DNA of 64,000 nucleotides. Origin: Zootoca vivipara. Taxonomy: Eukaryota. Below, in pieces: positions 36,260-49,054 of this stretch. The stretch is taken from the NCBI RefSeq assembly GCF_963506605.1, contig NC_083282.1, positions 95,170,001 through 95,234,000 on the forward strand, given 5' to 3'. A model generated the notes under the pieces. That model was not told where the DNA came from and searched no databases. It saw nothing but the letters and a program-made list of their open reading frames with translations. The position numbers were made by a program, and so were the translations under genes. Numbering within the stretch: position 1 is the stretch's first letter; each line of letters begins with the position of its first letter.

Positions 36260-36620
36260 AGGGCCTTTTGTACTCTGCCCGCTGGGCGGGGCCTTGCCCA
36301 GGCCTTCGTGGTTGGACGCTGCCGGGAGGCGGTTCTCCAGACAGCCAATCGCCTCCCTCCCTGCCTGCTCATTGGCCGGGGGGGCATTTTAGCCAAATTT
36401 AGCCAAGCCACTCCTGGCTACGTCCATCCTCAGCAGCAGGGGAGGCTGAAGGAGGAGGAGGAGGCAGGGAGGGTCTGGGTGCCCTGGGGGGAGAAACCCA
36501 ACACCTCCCCGAGAGAAGGATAAGGAGCTGGAGGCAGGCTGCCCACAGACTGTACATGCCCGTCCGCTGAGCACACCTGCCCCAGGCCAGCAGGGGGTTA
36601 AAAATAGCAGGGACAAAGCA
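36260..36620 (-). promoter_or_regulatory. TNNC2 muscle promoter
   Basis: TACAAAA TATA-like box (36266-36272, minus strand), GC box, CCAAT boxes, E-box CACCTG, MEF2 site GTTAAAAATAGC at ~36597-36608. Confidence 0.6.
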
Positions 36621-38768
36621 GTGGGTGTCCTCCTCCTGCCCCCCCCCTCTCCAGACACAAACATCCCATATATTGAGGCTGGAGGAAGGGTTGGGAAGTC
36701 TTGAAACCCAGCCTGGCCCATCTGAGTGGAGGAATGACATGTTCTGGGAGTGGGGCTCCCCCCCCCCCAGGCCTGCCCAGAGCACCCTTGTTCTTTTGCT
36801 AAGCTGCTGGGCACCCAAGCAGTGGAGGCGCCCCTGCTGTCGCTTGCTTATAAAGGGATCCCGTTTCCTCCACGTCTCTGAGGGAAGTCGTGTGTGAAAT
36901 AGGCCAAGCCAAAGGCTGGAGAGCAAGGAATCTATCTGCTGGACCCTTTCGCTCTCCTTCCCAAACTCCTCAGCCTCAGTCCATGGAAAGTCACTGGCCA
37001 CACACATCGGAATATCAGAAGAGCCAGAGCCCCCCCCCCCCAGTCCGGCATCCTGTCCCCACAATGTTAAAGATGGCTATGATGGGAAACCAGCAAGCAG
37101 GATCCAAGCCTAAGAGCCCTCTCCCCTCCTGTGGCTTCCAGCAATAGGGATCCTCTTTTAAAGCCATCCAGCCTGGTGGTCACCACTGCATCCTGCAGCA
37201 AGGAGTTCCACAGTTTAATTTCCGTGCTGCACGAAGAAGCCCTTCCTTTCATCTGTCCACCATTCAGCTCCATGGGAGAGAGGGAGAAAAGCTTTCCTCT
37301 GCCCCATTTCTCCAGACTGTGCATCATGTTATAGACTTCTCATGGTCCTCTCCTGACGGAAGGGAGCAGCTGGCTGCCCTCCCCCCCCCCCGTCCGCTTC
37401 CCCTATTAATAGACATTCCTAAGGAAAGCTGCTGAGGAGGCCAGCAGAGCAGCTTCCTAAATAAGGCAGAGAAGTGGCAGGGGGGTCTAGTCTCTCCCCC
37501 CCCCAATACACCTTGAATCCACACCAGATTGAAGGCACAAGAAAGGGACCTGGCAGAGTTGCAAGGTACTGACACAAGAAGGGGATTCACTTGTTGGCTT
37601 GGAAAGGTGTTTGATCCCCCACCCCTTTCAGGACTGGCAAGTGCAGGCCTTGTATTCTGGAAATGCCACCTCCCCTGCCCCTGGTTCCTGCCATGTGCCC
37701 CAGAGCAGCCCCCCACATTGCAGTGGGCTCAAGTGTCAAAGCAGTGGCAGCTACCCCATGTGGCTCCTCGCAAAAGTTTGCTGAAGTAAATTCACAGGAG
37801 GAAAGTTTCCCGTCCTCTCCTCCACCTTGAAGGCACCTGGGACGACCGAAAGCTTCTTCGGAGGGGCATAGAACTGTAGAGTTGGAAGGGGCTCCAAGGA
37901 TCATCCAGCCCAACCCTCTGCAATGCAGGTGTCACTGCTAAAGAATCCCCTGATGGATGGCCATCCAACCTCTGCTTAAAAACCTCAAGTGAAGGTTTGG
38001 TTCCTGAATCACGGGGTTGGACTAGATGACCCTTGGGTCCCTTCCAGCTCTACAGTTCTATAATTCAACCCAGGAGAGCCCACCACCTTCTGAGGGAGTC
38101 CGTTCCACTATCAAATAGCTCTTGGGTCCTCCCGGACACAGTGGTATTGGGCGCTGGGAGGAGGCTAACTCTTCTTCCTTGAACTTCCTTAGCTTAACCT
38201 ATATTAGGATGCAGGCCAAACGTGTTTCTGAGTGCAGCCTGCCTGCAGCTATGGCAGAGTTAGAGAGGAAGAGAGGTCAATCCATAGGGTTGTCAGCAGT
38301 ATGCAGATGACGCTCAGCTCGACTTCTTCAACTAAGCGGTGCTTGGCTGATTAGCAATCCATGCCCTTTAAAATATGTTTGTGGGAAGGGGGGGTATTGG
38401 TTTGTTTTCGTCTTATTATGTATTTTGTGTTCTCATTTTTTTTAAAAAAAAAATTCTGTTGTGATCTGCCCTGGGAACTTTGGATAAAGGGCGGAATGGG
38501 CATAGCCAGGATATTTTTTTTGGAGGGGGGAGAGGACTTTTGTTGCTGGGGGGCAGAACCGCCGTGACCAGTCAGTTAGTTCAGTATTTCTATTGTTTTA
38601 CTTGATGGGGAGGAAGCTGCCCCGCTTGGCTATGCCCATGAAGGGCGGTATGCAAATCTAATCAATAATAATCAATAATTGTAACCCAAAGAGTGCTCTC
38701 CAATGGCTCATCCTCCTCCTGGAAAAGAAATTACCTGTGGGGCGGTGCAGTTGTTCTTGTTTTAAAGG

Positions 38769-39061
38769 CAGGGGTCAGCAAACTTTTTCAGCAGGGGGCC
38801 GGTCCACTGTCCCTCAGACCTTGTGGGGGGCCGGACTATTTTTTTTGGGGGGGGGAATGAATGAATTAATTCCTATGACCTACACATTCTACTCATGTAA
38901 AAACACCAGGCAGGCCCCATAAATAACCCAGAGATGCATTTTAAATAAAAGGACACATTCTACTCATGTAAAAACATGCTGATTCCTGGACCGTCCGCGG
39001 GCCGGATTGAGAAGGCGATTGGGCTACATCCGGCCCCCCGGGCCTTAGTTTAGGGACCCTG
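38769..39061. mobile_element. hAT (Charlie-like) MITE
   Basis: CAGGGGTC...GACCCTG termini; TTTTAAAGG duplicated on both sides. Confidence 0.8.
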
Positions 39062-39504
39062 TTTTAAAGGGATACTCCACAGGAGGAAAGGAATCTTCCA
39101 CAGGGAGTTGATCCCCCGCTCTCTTACTGTGCATTGCTCACGCCCCACCTTATTGCACACGCCCCAAGCTGTTCCTCACCCCTTCTTTTCCACAGGAAGG
39201 AAGAAATCTTCCTATTGCCTGGAATTTGGGCCACACCCCCTGACCTCCTTGGCAGGCTGCAGGTATGTTTTGAACAAGCCAGGCTGGCCCAGTGACAAAC
39301 GCCAAAGGAAATTAGGCAGTCAGGCAAGTTTGATGAAGAAGGTGGGTCCTTGGCCTCGCAGAAGGGCTCTTCTCTTGTGCATGAGGGAAATCAGATCAGA
39401 ATGTGCAGGGAACATTATGTTTCCATAACCGGAACTTGCACATAGCTCAGAGTTCTTCCCATACGCAGGCGAGATGCTCTTGTCAAAGTGCAGCCATGCA
39501 TATA

Positions 39505-39668
39505 CCGTATTTTTCCGTGTATAAGACACTATTTTTTCCTAAATTTTGGAAGTTTAAAATAAGGGGTCATTTTATACACGGATAGGGCAGTGCACTTTCT
39601 TAAGTTTGAGTCCCAAAAAATAGGGGGCGTCTTATATACGGGGGCAAGTTATACACAGAAAAATACGG
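39505..39668. mobile_element. Tc1/mariner-pogo MITE
   Basis: TIR CCGTATTTTTC.GTGTATAA with TA TSD. Confidence 0.85.
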
Positions 39669-40854
39669 TAATACTTATTTCATTTCTTTGCTACTTTTCC
39701 ATGCGCAAAAAAGTAATGCTCAAAGAGGCATGCAGCAAAGAAAACTGAAATGCATTTCAACACCAAACGGTGCAAAAAGAATTTCCTAATGACATATCAA
39801 AACAACTCAATAGCAAATATAATAACATGGGGGGGAACAACATTTCAGAACTATAAATATAACAAGATTTCATAAACAACGTTCAGCATCCAGTAACAAA
39901 AGTAACAAGGGAGCTTGACAGTTCCCCCTTGGCCTGGAGACATCCCCTCCCAACATGTTACTCAGAGTCCCTCTCCTGCAGCTTTTGCAAGGCTTCTAAG
40001 GGCAGCGGGGGAGGGGAGCTGGAAACACCCCTCCTTCCTTCCTTCCTGGGAGGTTTTTAAGCAGAGGTTGGATGGCCATCCATCATGGATGCTTCAGCTG
40101 AGATTCCTGCATTGCAGGGGGTTGGACTAGAGGACCCTTAGGGGTCCCTTCCAACTCTACGATTCTATATTGTCTCTCCAATATGAGGAGTTTTGCAGTT
40201 ATGTAAGAATGTTAGAAGCTCCTGGCTGCATCCTCGTTCTCACGGTGGAATTGAGCACAAGATCCCTCTCCTTTCCTGCAGTTTCCAGCTCACCAACTGG
40301 GGAGGCAAAACAGAGCCATCCTGGCCAGGAGCCCTCAAGAGCCCTCCCCCCCCCCACCAATGAATTTGCCTAATCCTCTTTTAAAGCCATCCAAGTTGGT
40401 GGCCATGACCACTTGCTTGTGGAAGCAAATTCCACAGTTTAGCTCTGTGCTGCGTGAAGAAGTCCCATTTCTTTTCTCTGTCCTGAATCTCTGGACATTC
40501 ACTGGGTGCCCCTCAGTTCCAGTGTGAGGAGAGAGGGAGGAAAACTTCCCTCTATCCACAGCAGGAATTTGAAACTTCTATCATGTGGCCTCTTGCTCAC
40601 CCTTTCCCTAAACAAAATACAGTAGTCCCAAACGGCAACCTTTCTGCAAAGAGGAGCCCCTCTATCCCCTTATTCAGCACAGAAAGATTGAGGGGGGGGG
40701 AGGACTTTATGGGAAATGGAGACACCCTTTTCCACAGGGCCAACTCCAGGTTTGAGGAGCCCTTGGCAAGATGGCCTTCGTGGGGCTGCTTCTACTGTAA
40801 GTCTGCGCCCCCTCCACCTGCTTCAGATGGAGGCTCATCTGCAGGCAGACGCTT

Positions 40855-41752
40855 CTTGAAGGGCATCCTGAGCAAGTTTGCAGACGACACCAAATTGGGA
40901 GCGGTGGCTAATACCCCAGAGGACAGGATCACACTTCCAAATGACCTTAACAGATTAGACAACTGGGCCAAAGCAAACAAGATGAATTTTAACAAGGAGA
41001 AATGTAAGGTACTACACTTGGGCAAAAAAAAAAAATGAAAGGCACAAATACAGGATGGGTGACACCTGGCTTGAGAGCAGTACGTGTGAAAAGGATCTAG
41101 GAGTCTTGGTAGACCACAAACTTGACATGAGTCAACACTGTGATGCAGCAGCTAAAATAGTCAATGCATTCTGGGCTGCATCAATAGGAGTATAGCATCT
41201 AGATCTAGGGAAGTAATAGTACCACTGTATTCTGCTCTGGTCAGACCTCACCTAGAATACTGTGTCCAGTTCTGGGCACCACAGTTCAATAAGGATACTG
41301 ACAAACTGGAACGTGTCCAGAGGAGGGCAACCAAAATGGTCAAAGGCCTGGAAACGATGCCTTATGAGGAACTGCTTAGGGAGGTGGGGATATTTAGCCT
41401 GGAGAAGAGAAGGTTAAGGGGTGATATGATAGCCATGTTCAAATATATGAAAGGATGACATATGGAGGAGGGAGAAAGGTTGTTTTCTGCTGCTCCAGAG
41501 AAGCAGACATGGAGCAATGGATTCAAACTTCAAGAAAGAAGATTCCACTTAAACATTAGGAAGAACTTCCTGACAGTAAGAGCTGTTCGACAGTGGAATT
41601 TGCTGCCAAGGAGTGTGGTGGAGTCTCCTTCTTTGGAGGTCTTTAAGCAGAGGCTTGACAGGCATATGTCAAGAATGCTTTGATGGTGTTTCCTGCTTGG
41701 CAGGGGGTTGGACTGGATGGCCCTTGTGGTCTCTTCCAACTCTATGATTCTA
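40855..41752 (+). mobile_element. CR1 3' ~900 bp
   Basis: SKFADDTKLG RT motif through to the CR1 tail. Confidence 0.92.
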
Positions 41753-42318
41753 TGGCACCCGAGAACCTTTTAACGTGCACTGGTTTTCATGAGTCCCTTG
41801 AACCCCTATTGCCCCAAATATTCTCTCAAGGAGTTTCTACCCTTTCCACAAGCAGCCAAAAAGGAGGCAGAAGTTAAGGTGGGAAGGAGGAACCACCTGA
41901 GCGACACCTGACAAGACAAGGTGGAGGCAGGAGGAGGCCACTCAGGGACACGGTTGTTTAACCAACAGCGAACCACAACATTCACAAAGGAAGTTGTACG
42001 AGGCGAGTCAGATCATTGTCATTTACGAGTGTAAGAGCCTGCTGGATCAGGCCAAAGTCCCTTCTAGCCAGCCCTCTGTTCTCACAGCAGCCAACTCTGC
42101 GTCTATGGGAAGCCGAAAGCAGGACCTGAACTGTTATTCAAGGTGCACACGGCAACTGGAAGGGAAGGGAGAAAAGAGCTCCCCTTGCTAGTAGCCACTA
42201 GGCAGCCTGATCCTCCTCTGTGAATTTGTCCAGTTCTCTTTTAAGCCATCAAGTTGGCCATCAATGCCTCCTATGGAAGGGAGTTTCATGGGTTAACTAG
42301 GAGCTGTGTGAACAATTA

Positions 42319-42474
42319 CAGTGGAACCTCGGTTTACGAATTTTCGGTTTACGAACGCCGCGGACCCATCTAGAACGGATTAATCCACTTTCCATTACTT
42401 TCAATGGGAAAGTTCGCTTCAGTTTATGAACAGTCTTCTGGAACCAATTGTGTTCATAAACCGAGGTACCACTG
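42319..42474. mobile_element. Tigger/pogo-like MITE
   Basis: TIR CAGTGG.ACCTCGGTTTA.GAA with TA TSD. Confidence 0.85.
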
Positions 42475-42822
42475 TACTTTCTTTTCTCTGTCCTGAATCT
42501 TCCAAAGGTCAGCTTCATTGGGTGGCCACAAGTTCAAATGTTGGGAGGAGAAAAACTATTTCTCCAAGCACAATATTATTTATAGAGGTTGGCTGGGGTA
42601 CACAGGAGAAAGGGAGGTACCCCGTTGAAGTCTGGTGAGGCAACGTGGTGTAGTGGTTAGAGCGTCAGACCAGGGTTTGAGCCTCCACCTGACCATGAAG
42701 CTTTTTTAAATTTGATGAAACATTGTATTTAATTATTTTGCTGGAAACCCAGCCAGATGGGTGGGGTATATAAATGATAAATAATTATTATTCCTCCCTT
42801 TCAGCCTAACTTACTTCACAGG

Positions 42823-42973
42823 TACAGGTAGGTAGCCGTGTTGGTCTGAGTCGAAGCAAAATAAAAAAATTCCTTCAGTAGCACCTTAAAGACCAACTAA
42901 GTTTTTATTTTGGTATGACCTTTCGTGTGCATGCACACTTATTGGTATCTGAAGAATTTTTATTTATTTTTGC
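42823..42973 (-). mobile_element. Short Penelope-tail copy with hammerhead split by inversion
   Basis: Reverse complement of 4489-4606, followed by GTATCTGAAGAA in the opposite orientation; 11-bp TSD TACTTCACAGG (42812-42822, 42974-42984). Confidence 0.85.
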
Positions 42974-43379
42974 TACTTCACAGGGTTATTGTGAGGATTC
43001 AAGGAGGAGGGGGAGACCCTCCTGGATCTCCTTGGAGAAAAAGATGGCATATAAATGCAATAAGATGCATAAATTTAGAGAAAAACAATCCAAGATTTAG
43101 GGCACTTCGAAAAAACCATTTATTGCTGCGTAGGTTTTTGTGGACGACAGCTTCCTGCCCTGCCCTCCATCCAGGGCGCCTCCAGCCATAAGGAAGCTTC
43201 TGCTTCTATTTTTCAGGCGTCACAAGAGAGTGAGTAATCTTGGGGAGAAAAGGCAGGTAAGTTACGGAAGGTGTGCAAATGCATCTCGAGCCCTGTTCAT
43301 GACCCCCGGGGGTTCCTTCGAATCAGGAGCGCCAGCTTGGCCCCGGGGCCGTGGGTGCCAGGCTGCTCAGGCAGCGTGC

Positions 43380-44300
43380 CTGGCCCTGCTGGCACTGGAA
43401 TTTGTGGGTGCCCGGCCCCTTCGTGGGGAATCTTGTGGGGGCTCGCTCGGGGCACCCAGCGAATTGGCGCCTGTGCGCTTCCAACCCTGCAGCAGCTCCG
43501 TGCCATTTCATTCCTTTGTTGCATTTGCGCTACTACGCCCTCCTCCCTCCGCAAATCTCCGGGCGGTTCTGGGGGTTTTTGCGCCCCGAGGGAAGCCCCC
43601 CCCCGTCGCTGCGCCGTCTCCAAGGGGCGCCCCGGGAAAGGCTGCAGGGGGAGCCCGTCGGGGCGGACGCCTCTCCCGGCTCCCGGCTGGGCAGCTCGGC
43701 GGGGGCGGCGCTTCCTTCCCAGCGCGCGGGGGGAGAAGAGGGAGAGGCCGGCCACCGAGAGCCAGGAGGAGGAGGAGGAGGAGCCGCCGCAGCCCGAGCG
43801 GCCATCGCAGGAGGAGGAGGAGGAGAAGGAGGAGGACGGAGACGCCGGCGCCCCTAGTCCGCCTTTGCCTCCAGGTGAGCGGCGCCCGGGGAGCTGCCCG
43901 ATCCGCCCCCCGCTCGCCAAGAGCCTGGGGGGACCGGGCGGGGGTTCCCCAGCCTGGGCCCCCAAACCGGGTTTAATAATCTGCGGCGGGGCGAACTGCA
44001 ACGCGCTTCCTCGGGGCATGTGCAGAGCGCGAATCCCGTTGCGCGCAATCTTCCTCGCCGCCCGCGCGCCCTCGGGAGTTCTCGCCCGCCAAGCCCCCGG
44101 ACCTTTTCCCGGACGGGGCCGCGGCTCTGGCCTGCAATGGGTGGGGCTGCGCGAAAGGTGCCCCGGAGCATGTGCAGAGTGCCCCCTGCCTACTAACCGC
44201 ACGCGCTCTCTGGGGCGGAGGGTGTCCGGGGCAGGCCTGCGCCCCTGCGCCTTTGGCAATGCCTGAGCTGCCCTCAAAGAAAGTGGGGCGGGGGTTGCCT
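43380..44300 (+). promoter_or_regulatory. CpG island with probable non-coding first exon of SNX21 (donor at 43875)
   Basis: CpG-rich; CCAG|GTGAGC donor; in-frame TAG at 43855-43857 relative to the downstream ATG. Confidence 0.65.
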
Positions 44301-44749
44301 GCCGCCCCAGAGCAAAATGGGCTAGGCATTTATGTGTTTTATTTATTGCGTATGACTTCTATGTTTGTAATTATTTAAATCTTGTCACGTTGCAAGCCGC
44401 CTTGAGCATTGTTTTAACTATGGAAAGGCGGGCTGGAAGAGCCGGGTGTTCCTGCTTCGCCTTCACCTGCGGGTGCCCTGGGGCTGAGGCACCTTGGCAT
44501 CACGTCGAGGCCCCAGGTTGCCCCTGTGGGTGCTCAGTGTCCAGCTGCTCCCTTGGGACAAGAACCACGAAACCTCTGGGGATGGGAGGGTGCTGAGCGC
44601 AGGCCTTGTTTTGCTCTTCCTCGCTGGGTGTGCATGGGGCGGGCATTCTCCCATGCCAGGCACGATGCCCCAGGCTGGCTCTGGCTTGCAGCTGCTCCCT
44701 CTTCTCTCCAGGCTGCCCCTTTCTTTCTTCCTTCCTTCCTCCCTCCTGT

Positions 44750-45260
44750 TTTTTTTATAATATATTTTTATTAATTTTATAACAAATACAAAAAAAGAAA
44801 AGAATACAGAAAATACAAAAAAATACACAAAAACCTAAAAAAGAAAAAAGAAAACTAGAAAAACAAAAAACATGAAAAAAGAAAAAAATTCTTTAACAAT
44901 TTATCCAATGGATATCTTACACTGTTGACTTCCTCCTTCCCCCCTTCCACATTTCTATTTATTTCTATTATAGCACTCTATTTCTTAATCCATTTCTTCT
45001 TCTAATATAGTTATAATAGATTTTTTCGATCATTGTTTTACAATTATAACTTATTTCCTTCTTACTAAATCCAAATGCTTCTTCAGCGTCTTTGTATTAC
45101 CACTTCCCTTATTGTCCATTTTTTATCTTATATTTCTCCAAATAAATCTTAAATTTATTCCAATCTTCTTCCACCGTCTCTTCTCCCCGATCTCGGACCC
45201 TCGCAGTTAGTTCAGACAGTTCCATAAATTCTATCAGCTTCATCTGCCAATTGTCCACTG
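44750..45260 (-). mobile_element. L1-clade 3' end
   Basis: WQMKLIEFMELSELT..RDR-type ORF2 terminus and A-rich tail, similar to the other L1 copies. Confidence 0.75.
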
Positions 45261-46682
45261 TACCCTCCCTCCCTTCTGCATCCAGCCTGTACCCTCTGCA
45301 GAGTGACCCTCTCTCTGGCTTTCAAAAGAAGGCGCAGAAAAGCCCCACAACCTCACGGGCAGGATTAAGAGAAATTCAACAGTGTAAATAAGTTTTGATG
45401 GATGCTATAAGGAAATACTGAATGCTTTAGTTTACAATACGTAAAATGAACCATGGAAAGAGAAGATGTCATTCATATCTTAAGGATGTAAAAATGAGTA
45501 TTTTAAATTGTCAAGCAGAAAGTATAATGAAAATTATATATATATATATATATGAAAAGCCCCACAAACTAAAGAGTCACCTTCTTGTTTCATTGTGTTG
45601 CATTGCATTTATATCTCCAAGGAGCTCAAGGGTGTGTGTGTGCGTGGTCCTCCCCTCTTACCTGTTTAATCCCCGCAACAACCCTGTGAGGCGGGTCAGG
45701 CTGAGAGGCAGCAACTGGTGCCCCAGGTGAGCTTCATGCCTGCGTTGGGCTTTCGAAACCACTTTTTAGGGCACAGTTGCCCCTCCAAAACAGTGCACAA
45801 GGCACCATGAGAAACACAACGGTAACAAAATATTTAAAATTAAGCAATTGTCCAGTTAAGACCACGTGAAACCCCCTTAAAATGGAGCAGCAATCAACAG
45901 CCATTATTAATAAAGCAGCAGTTAAGGCAGAGAGGAGTGAAATGAAAACGGTTTGCATATTCTTGTCAAAAACTTCCAAAATAAGGCTGGGGTGGGGGGT
46001 GGGGTGCACAAGAGCACCATTAAGTGCAGGGCAGCCGCTGCCACACGCAGACCCTGACCCTGGCATCTGGCAGCTTTCTTTCTTCTACAGGCAGGCCAGA
46101 GCACAGGACCTCCTTGGCCAAATGCCAAAGCCCAGTCAGGCTTGTAGAGGGCACAGAGTGGGACAGGGGACATCGGCAGCCCTCCAGATGTTGGCTGGGG
46201 TTGATGGGAGCGGGAGCCCAAAGAACATCTGCAGGGCCGCAGGATCCTCACCTCTCAGTTAGGGCTTTAGAAGCCAAAATTTGAGCATTGAACTGGGTCC
46301 CCAAACGAAGGAGGCAGCCCATGTAACTTTACAGAATTGGTGGGGCGCTTGGCCCCAAGCAGCACTCGCTGCCATATTCCTGGATTGGACTAGATGACCC
46401 TTGGGGGTCCCTTCCAGCTCTGCAATTCTGAGATTTGATGAATCTGTGAAGTTGGTGTTTCCAAACTGTCTTCCAAGGCAGAGTGGGCATCGTAGTGTCT
46501 GGAGTGGGCACAAGGTCAATCAGGATCTGCTGGTGGACCTTTGAGGGATTAACTGACTTCTAATAATATAAGCATAGCAAGTAAAAACTATATGAGGGCC
46601 ATTCACTTTTCACCCCATGTTTCTTTCCCGTAAATTATGGGTGCTAACTGGCTGCCTTGTCTTGAGTTTTGCATTCCGAATA

Positions 46683-47061
46683 TTAGGGAGCTGGGCATGT
46701 TTAGCCTGGAGAAGAGAAGGTTAAGGGGTGATATGATAGCCATGTTCAAATATATAAAAGGATCTCATATAGAAGAGGGTGAAAGGTTGTTTTCTGCTGC
46801 TCCAGAGAAGCGGACACGGAGCAATGGATTCAAACTACAAGAAAGAAGATTCCACCTAAACATTAGGAAGAACTTCTTGACAGTAAGAGCTGTTCGGCAG
46901 TGGAATTTGCTACCAAGGAGTGTGGTGGAGTCTCCTTCTTTGGAGGTCTTTAAGCAGAGGCTTGACAGCCATATGTCAAGAATGCTTTGATGGTGTTTCC
47001 TGCTTGGCAGGGGGTTGGACTGGATGGCCCTTGTGGTCTCTTCCAACCCTATGATTCTATA
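46683..47061 (+). mobile_element. Young CR1 3' end
   Basis: ORF 46637-46990 C-terminal CR1 peptide plus tail. Confidence 0.9.
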
Positions 47062-47849
47062 ATCAGGTGCAAGATCTGCAATTCTCTGCGCAGATAATTC
47101 CAGTGCATGGCTTATGGAGAACAGTAGCTAACGGGATCCATTCCCCGAGAGACCTTTTTGCAGCTGGCTCTGGTGGTTGGATTGTGGAGTTCCAGCAAAA
47201 CCACGGAGCAGATCCAACAAGCCAGAAGTCTGCCTAGCCCTGTGTTACAGCCACCCAGCCTGGATGCAGACAGAGCAGGTATCATGGAGAGAGACCTGTT
47301 TTCTCCAGAAGCTGGTAAAAAAGCACCCCTGGCCACTGATTCCTGCCCTGAGAGTGACAAATCCAGGACCACCCCCAAACCATGTAACACCCCCCCCCAT
47401 GCAACTCCACAACTCCATCCAGGTCAGTGCACCCACATCAATGGGTTTCCCCGCCCACATCCATCCCGGTCATCCATCCCCAAACAGCTCCAGAAACTTC
47501 TTGTTCTGAACTTCTATCACCTCCCTGGCTTAACGGCAGAAACACGAGGTAGAGCTGCTTGGTGACACTGCAGCCCATCAAACCTCCAGATGACTCACTC
47601 AGCCGTTTCCTATAGGTCACTGGCTCCCAAAGTGGACAATACTGCCTGCTGGGGGGGGCTGTAGGGTTACCTAGGGGGGCCAAGAGGCGAGGGAGCAGGC
47701 ACTGGAGGTGGTGGTTTAAGATGCCTGCCTGCTAAGAGACTTTAAACCTGTGATCCCTTTATCAAGGCCATCCACCACATTAAGAATTTACCGAACAGTG
47801 AAGTCGTTACTCAGTGTGGAATCTAAGACTCTTAATCTCTGTCAGACTT

Positions 47850-48900
47850 TGAAAAGCTGATCTCCCTGGATCAAGTTCGTCAGTTTTGTGGAATCAATTG
47901 AACTAAATTTTGTCCCAAGACAAAAGCAGTTTCAATCTTCCCTTAGCAAGCGTTTATACTCAATATGTTTATTTTGAGATTTTGTGCTGTCTTTTCCTGC
48001 ATAAAGGGCGCCTCTTAAGCTTTGTGGGGGCAGTTTGAGGAATCTGTTAGGGTTCGTCCTTAGTTGCTGGCCACCACAGCAGCCTCCAGGCCCAGAGAGC
48101 AAGAGGGCCGACGTGGGTCACAAAGGAAGTGCCAAGACTCCATCCAGGTGTTTGTCAGCTCAACCTGGAGAGCTGTCTCTGAAGTTAGTCCACGGCTGGT
48201 GCCTTTACTCCACAATTTCTCCGCTTTGTGCATCCAGGTGCGTCTTCACTGTGTTGGAGGGGCAGCCGTGTAGTTGGTACCTAGAAGCACATGTGGCGGA
48301 GCTGCTCAAACGTGGCTGAATTTTGGAAAGAGGTGTTTGCCAAGTTCTCTTGGATAACTAAACAAACTATTACTCCCATCTTTCCACCTGGCGCTTTGGA
48401 GCCTGCATATGGAAACAGAACGGGATTCCAAAAGTACTTATTTCCCATCTCTTAACAGCAGGCTGGGAAGACTTTTAATCTTAATAGTTTGGATTGCTGG
48501 TGTTCAAGAGTTTGGCAAACTGTCCTCCTTGAGTATCTAAAAGGCAGAGTTTGGATCACAGTTTGTAAAATGTATGGCAAGGTCTTATTTCTTACAGAGA
48601 TGTTGCAGCATGTGGAAGCTCAGTGCCATCAGTACATGCAAATGTCTGGCTCATTTAGGACTATGCAGAACCTTCATTCCCAATAATGATGGAACTCGCA
48701 GGCAGAGAATGCTTTTGTTTTTATGAATCTCTGTTATTTGTGAAGGGAATCTTTGTACGTGTCAATACTTTTACTATCCCCCTTTGAAGCTGTGCTGGGT
48801 CTTTGATACTTTGTCCTTTTGGGGTGTGGTGCTTTATGGGTTCAAATCTTCGTTATCTTTCTGTTACATTTTCACTTTGTGTGTTTGTCGAGAAGCCATT
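47850..48900 (+). mobile_element. Old degraded L1 ORF2 3' region
   Basis: CWRGSRVVGT*KHMWRSCSNVAEFWKEV at ~48252-48335, preceded by LKLVHGW. Boundaries approximate. Confidence 0.6.
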
Positions 48901-49054
48901 AATATATATAAGGAAGTGCTAAAGGCGGAGGCAGAGAAACTGGGCTCCACTGGGGAAATCCCTGCCCCATGGCGTAGAGGGGGGGGGAGGCCTGCTGAGA
49001 GTGACCTAACTGCCTCTTCTTCCCTGCAGGGCTCCCCCTCCCCCCAGCATCTCC

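Noticed and set aside
34534-36523. ORFs of 233-380 aa in TNNC2 intron 1 and promoter
   Set aside because: GC-rich chance ORFs with no recognisable domain.
43140-44329. Long overlapping ORFs (278-331 aa), including an acidic EEEEE stretch
   Set aside because: Stop-poor CpG island. The acidic frame is out of phase with the SNX21 ATG after splicing, and the in-phase frame has a TAG.
47795-47845. tRNA-like AGACTCTTAATCTC segment
   Set aside because: No B box or cloverleaf; at most a decayed SINE head.
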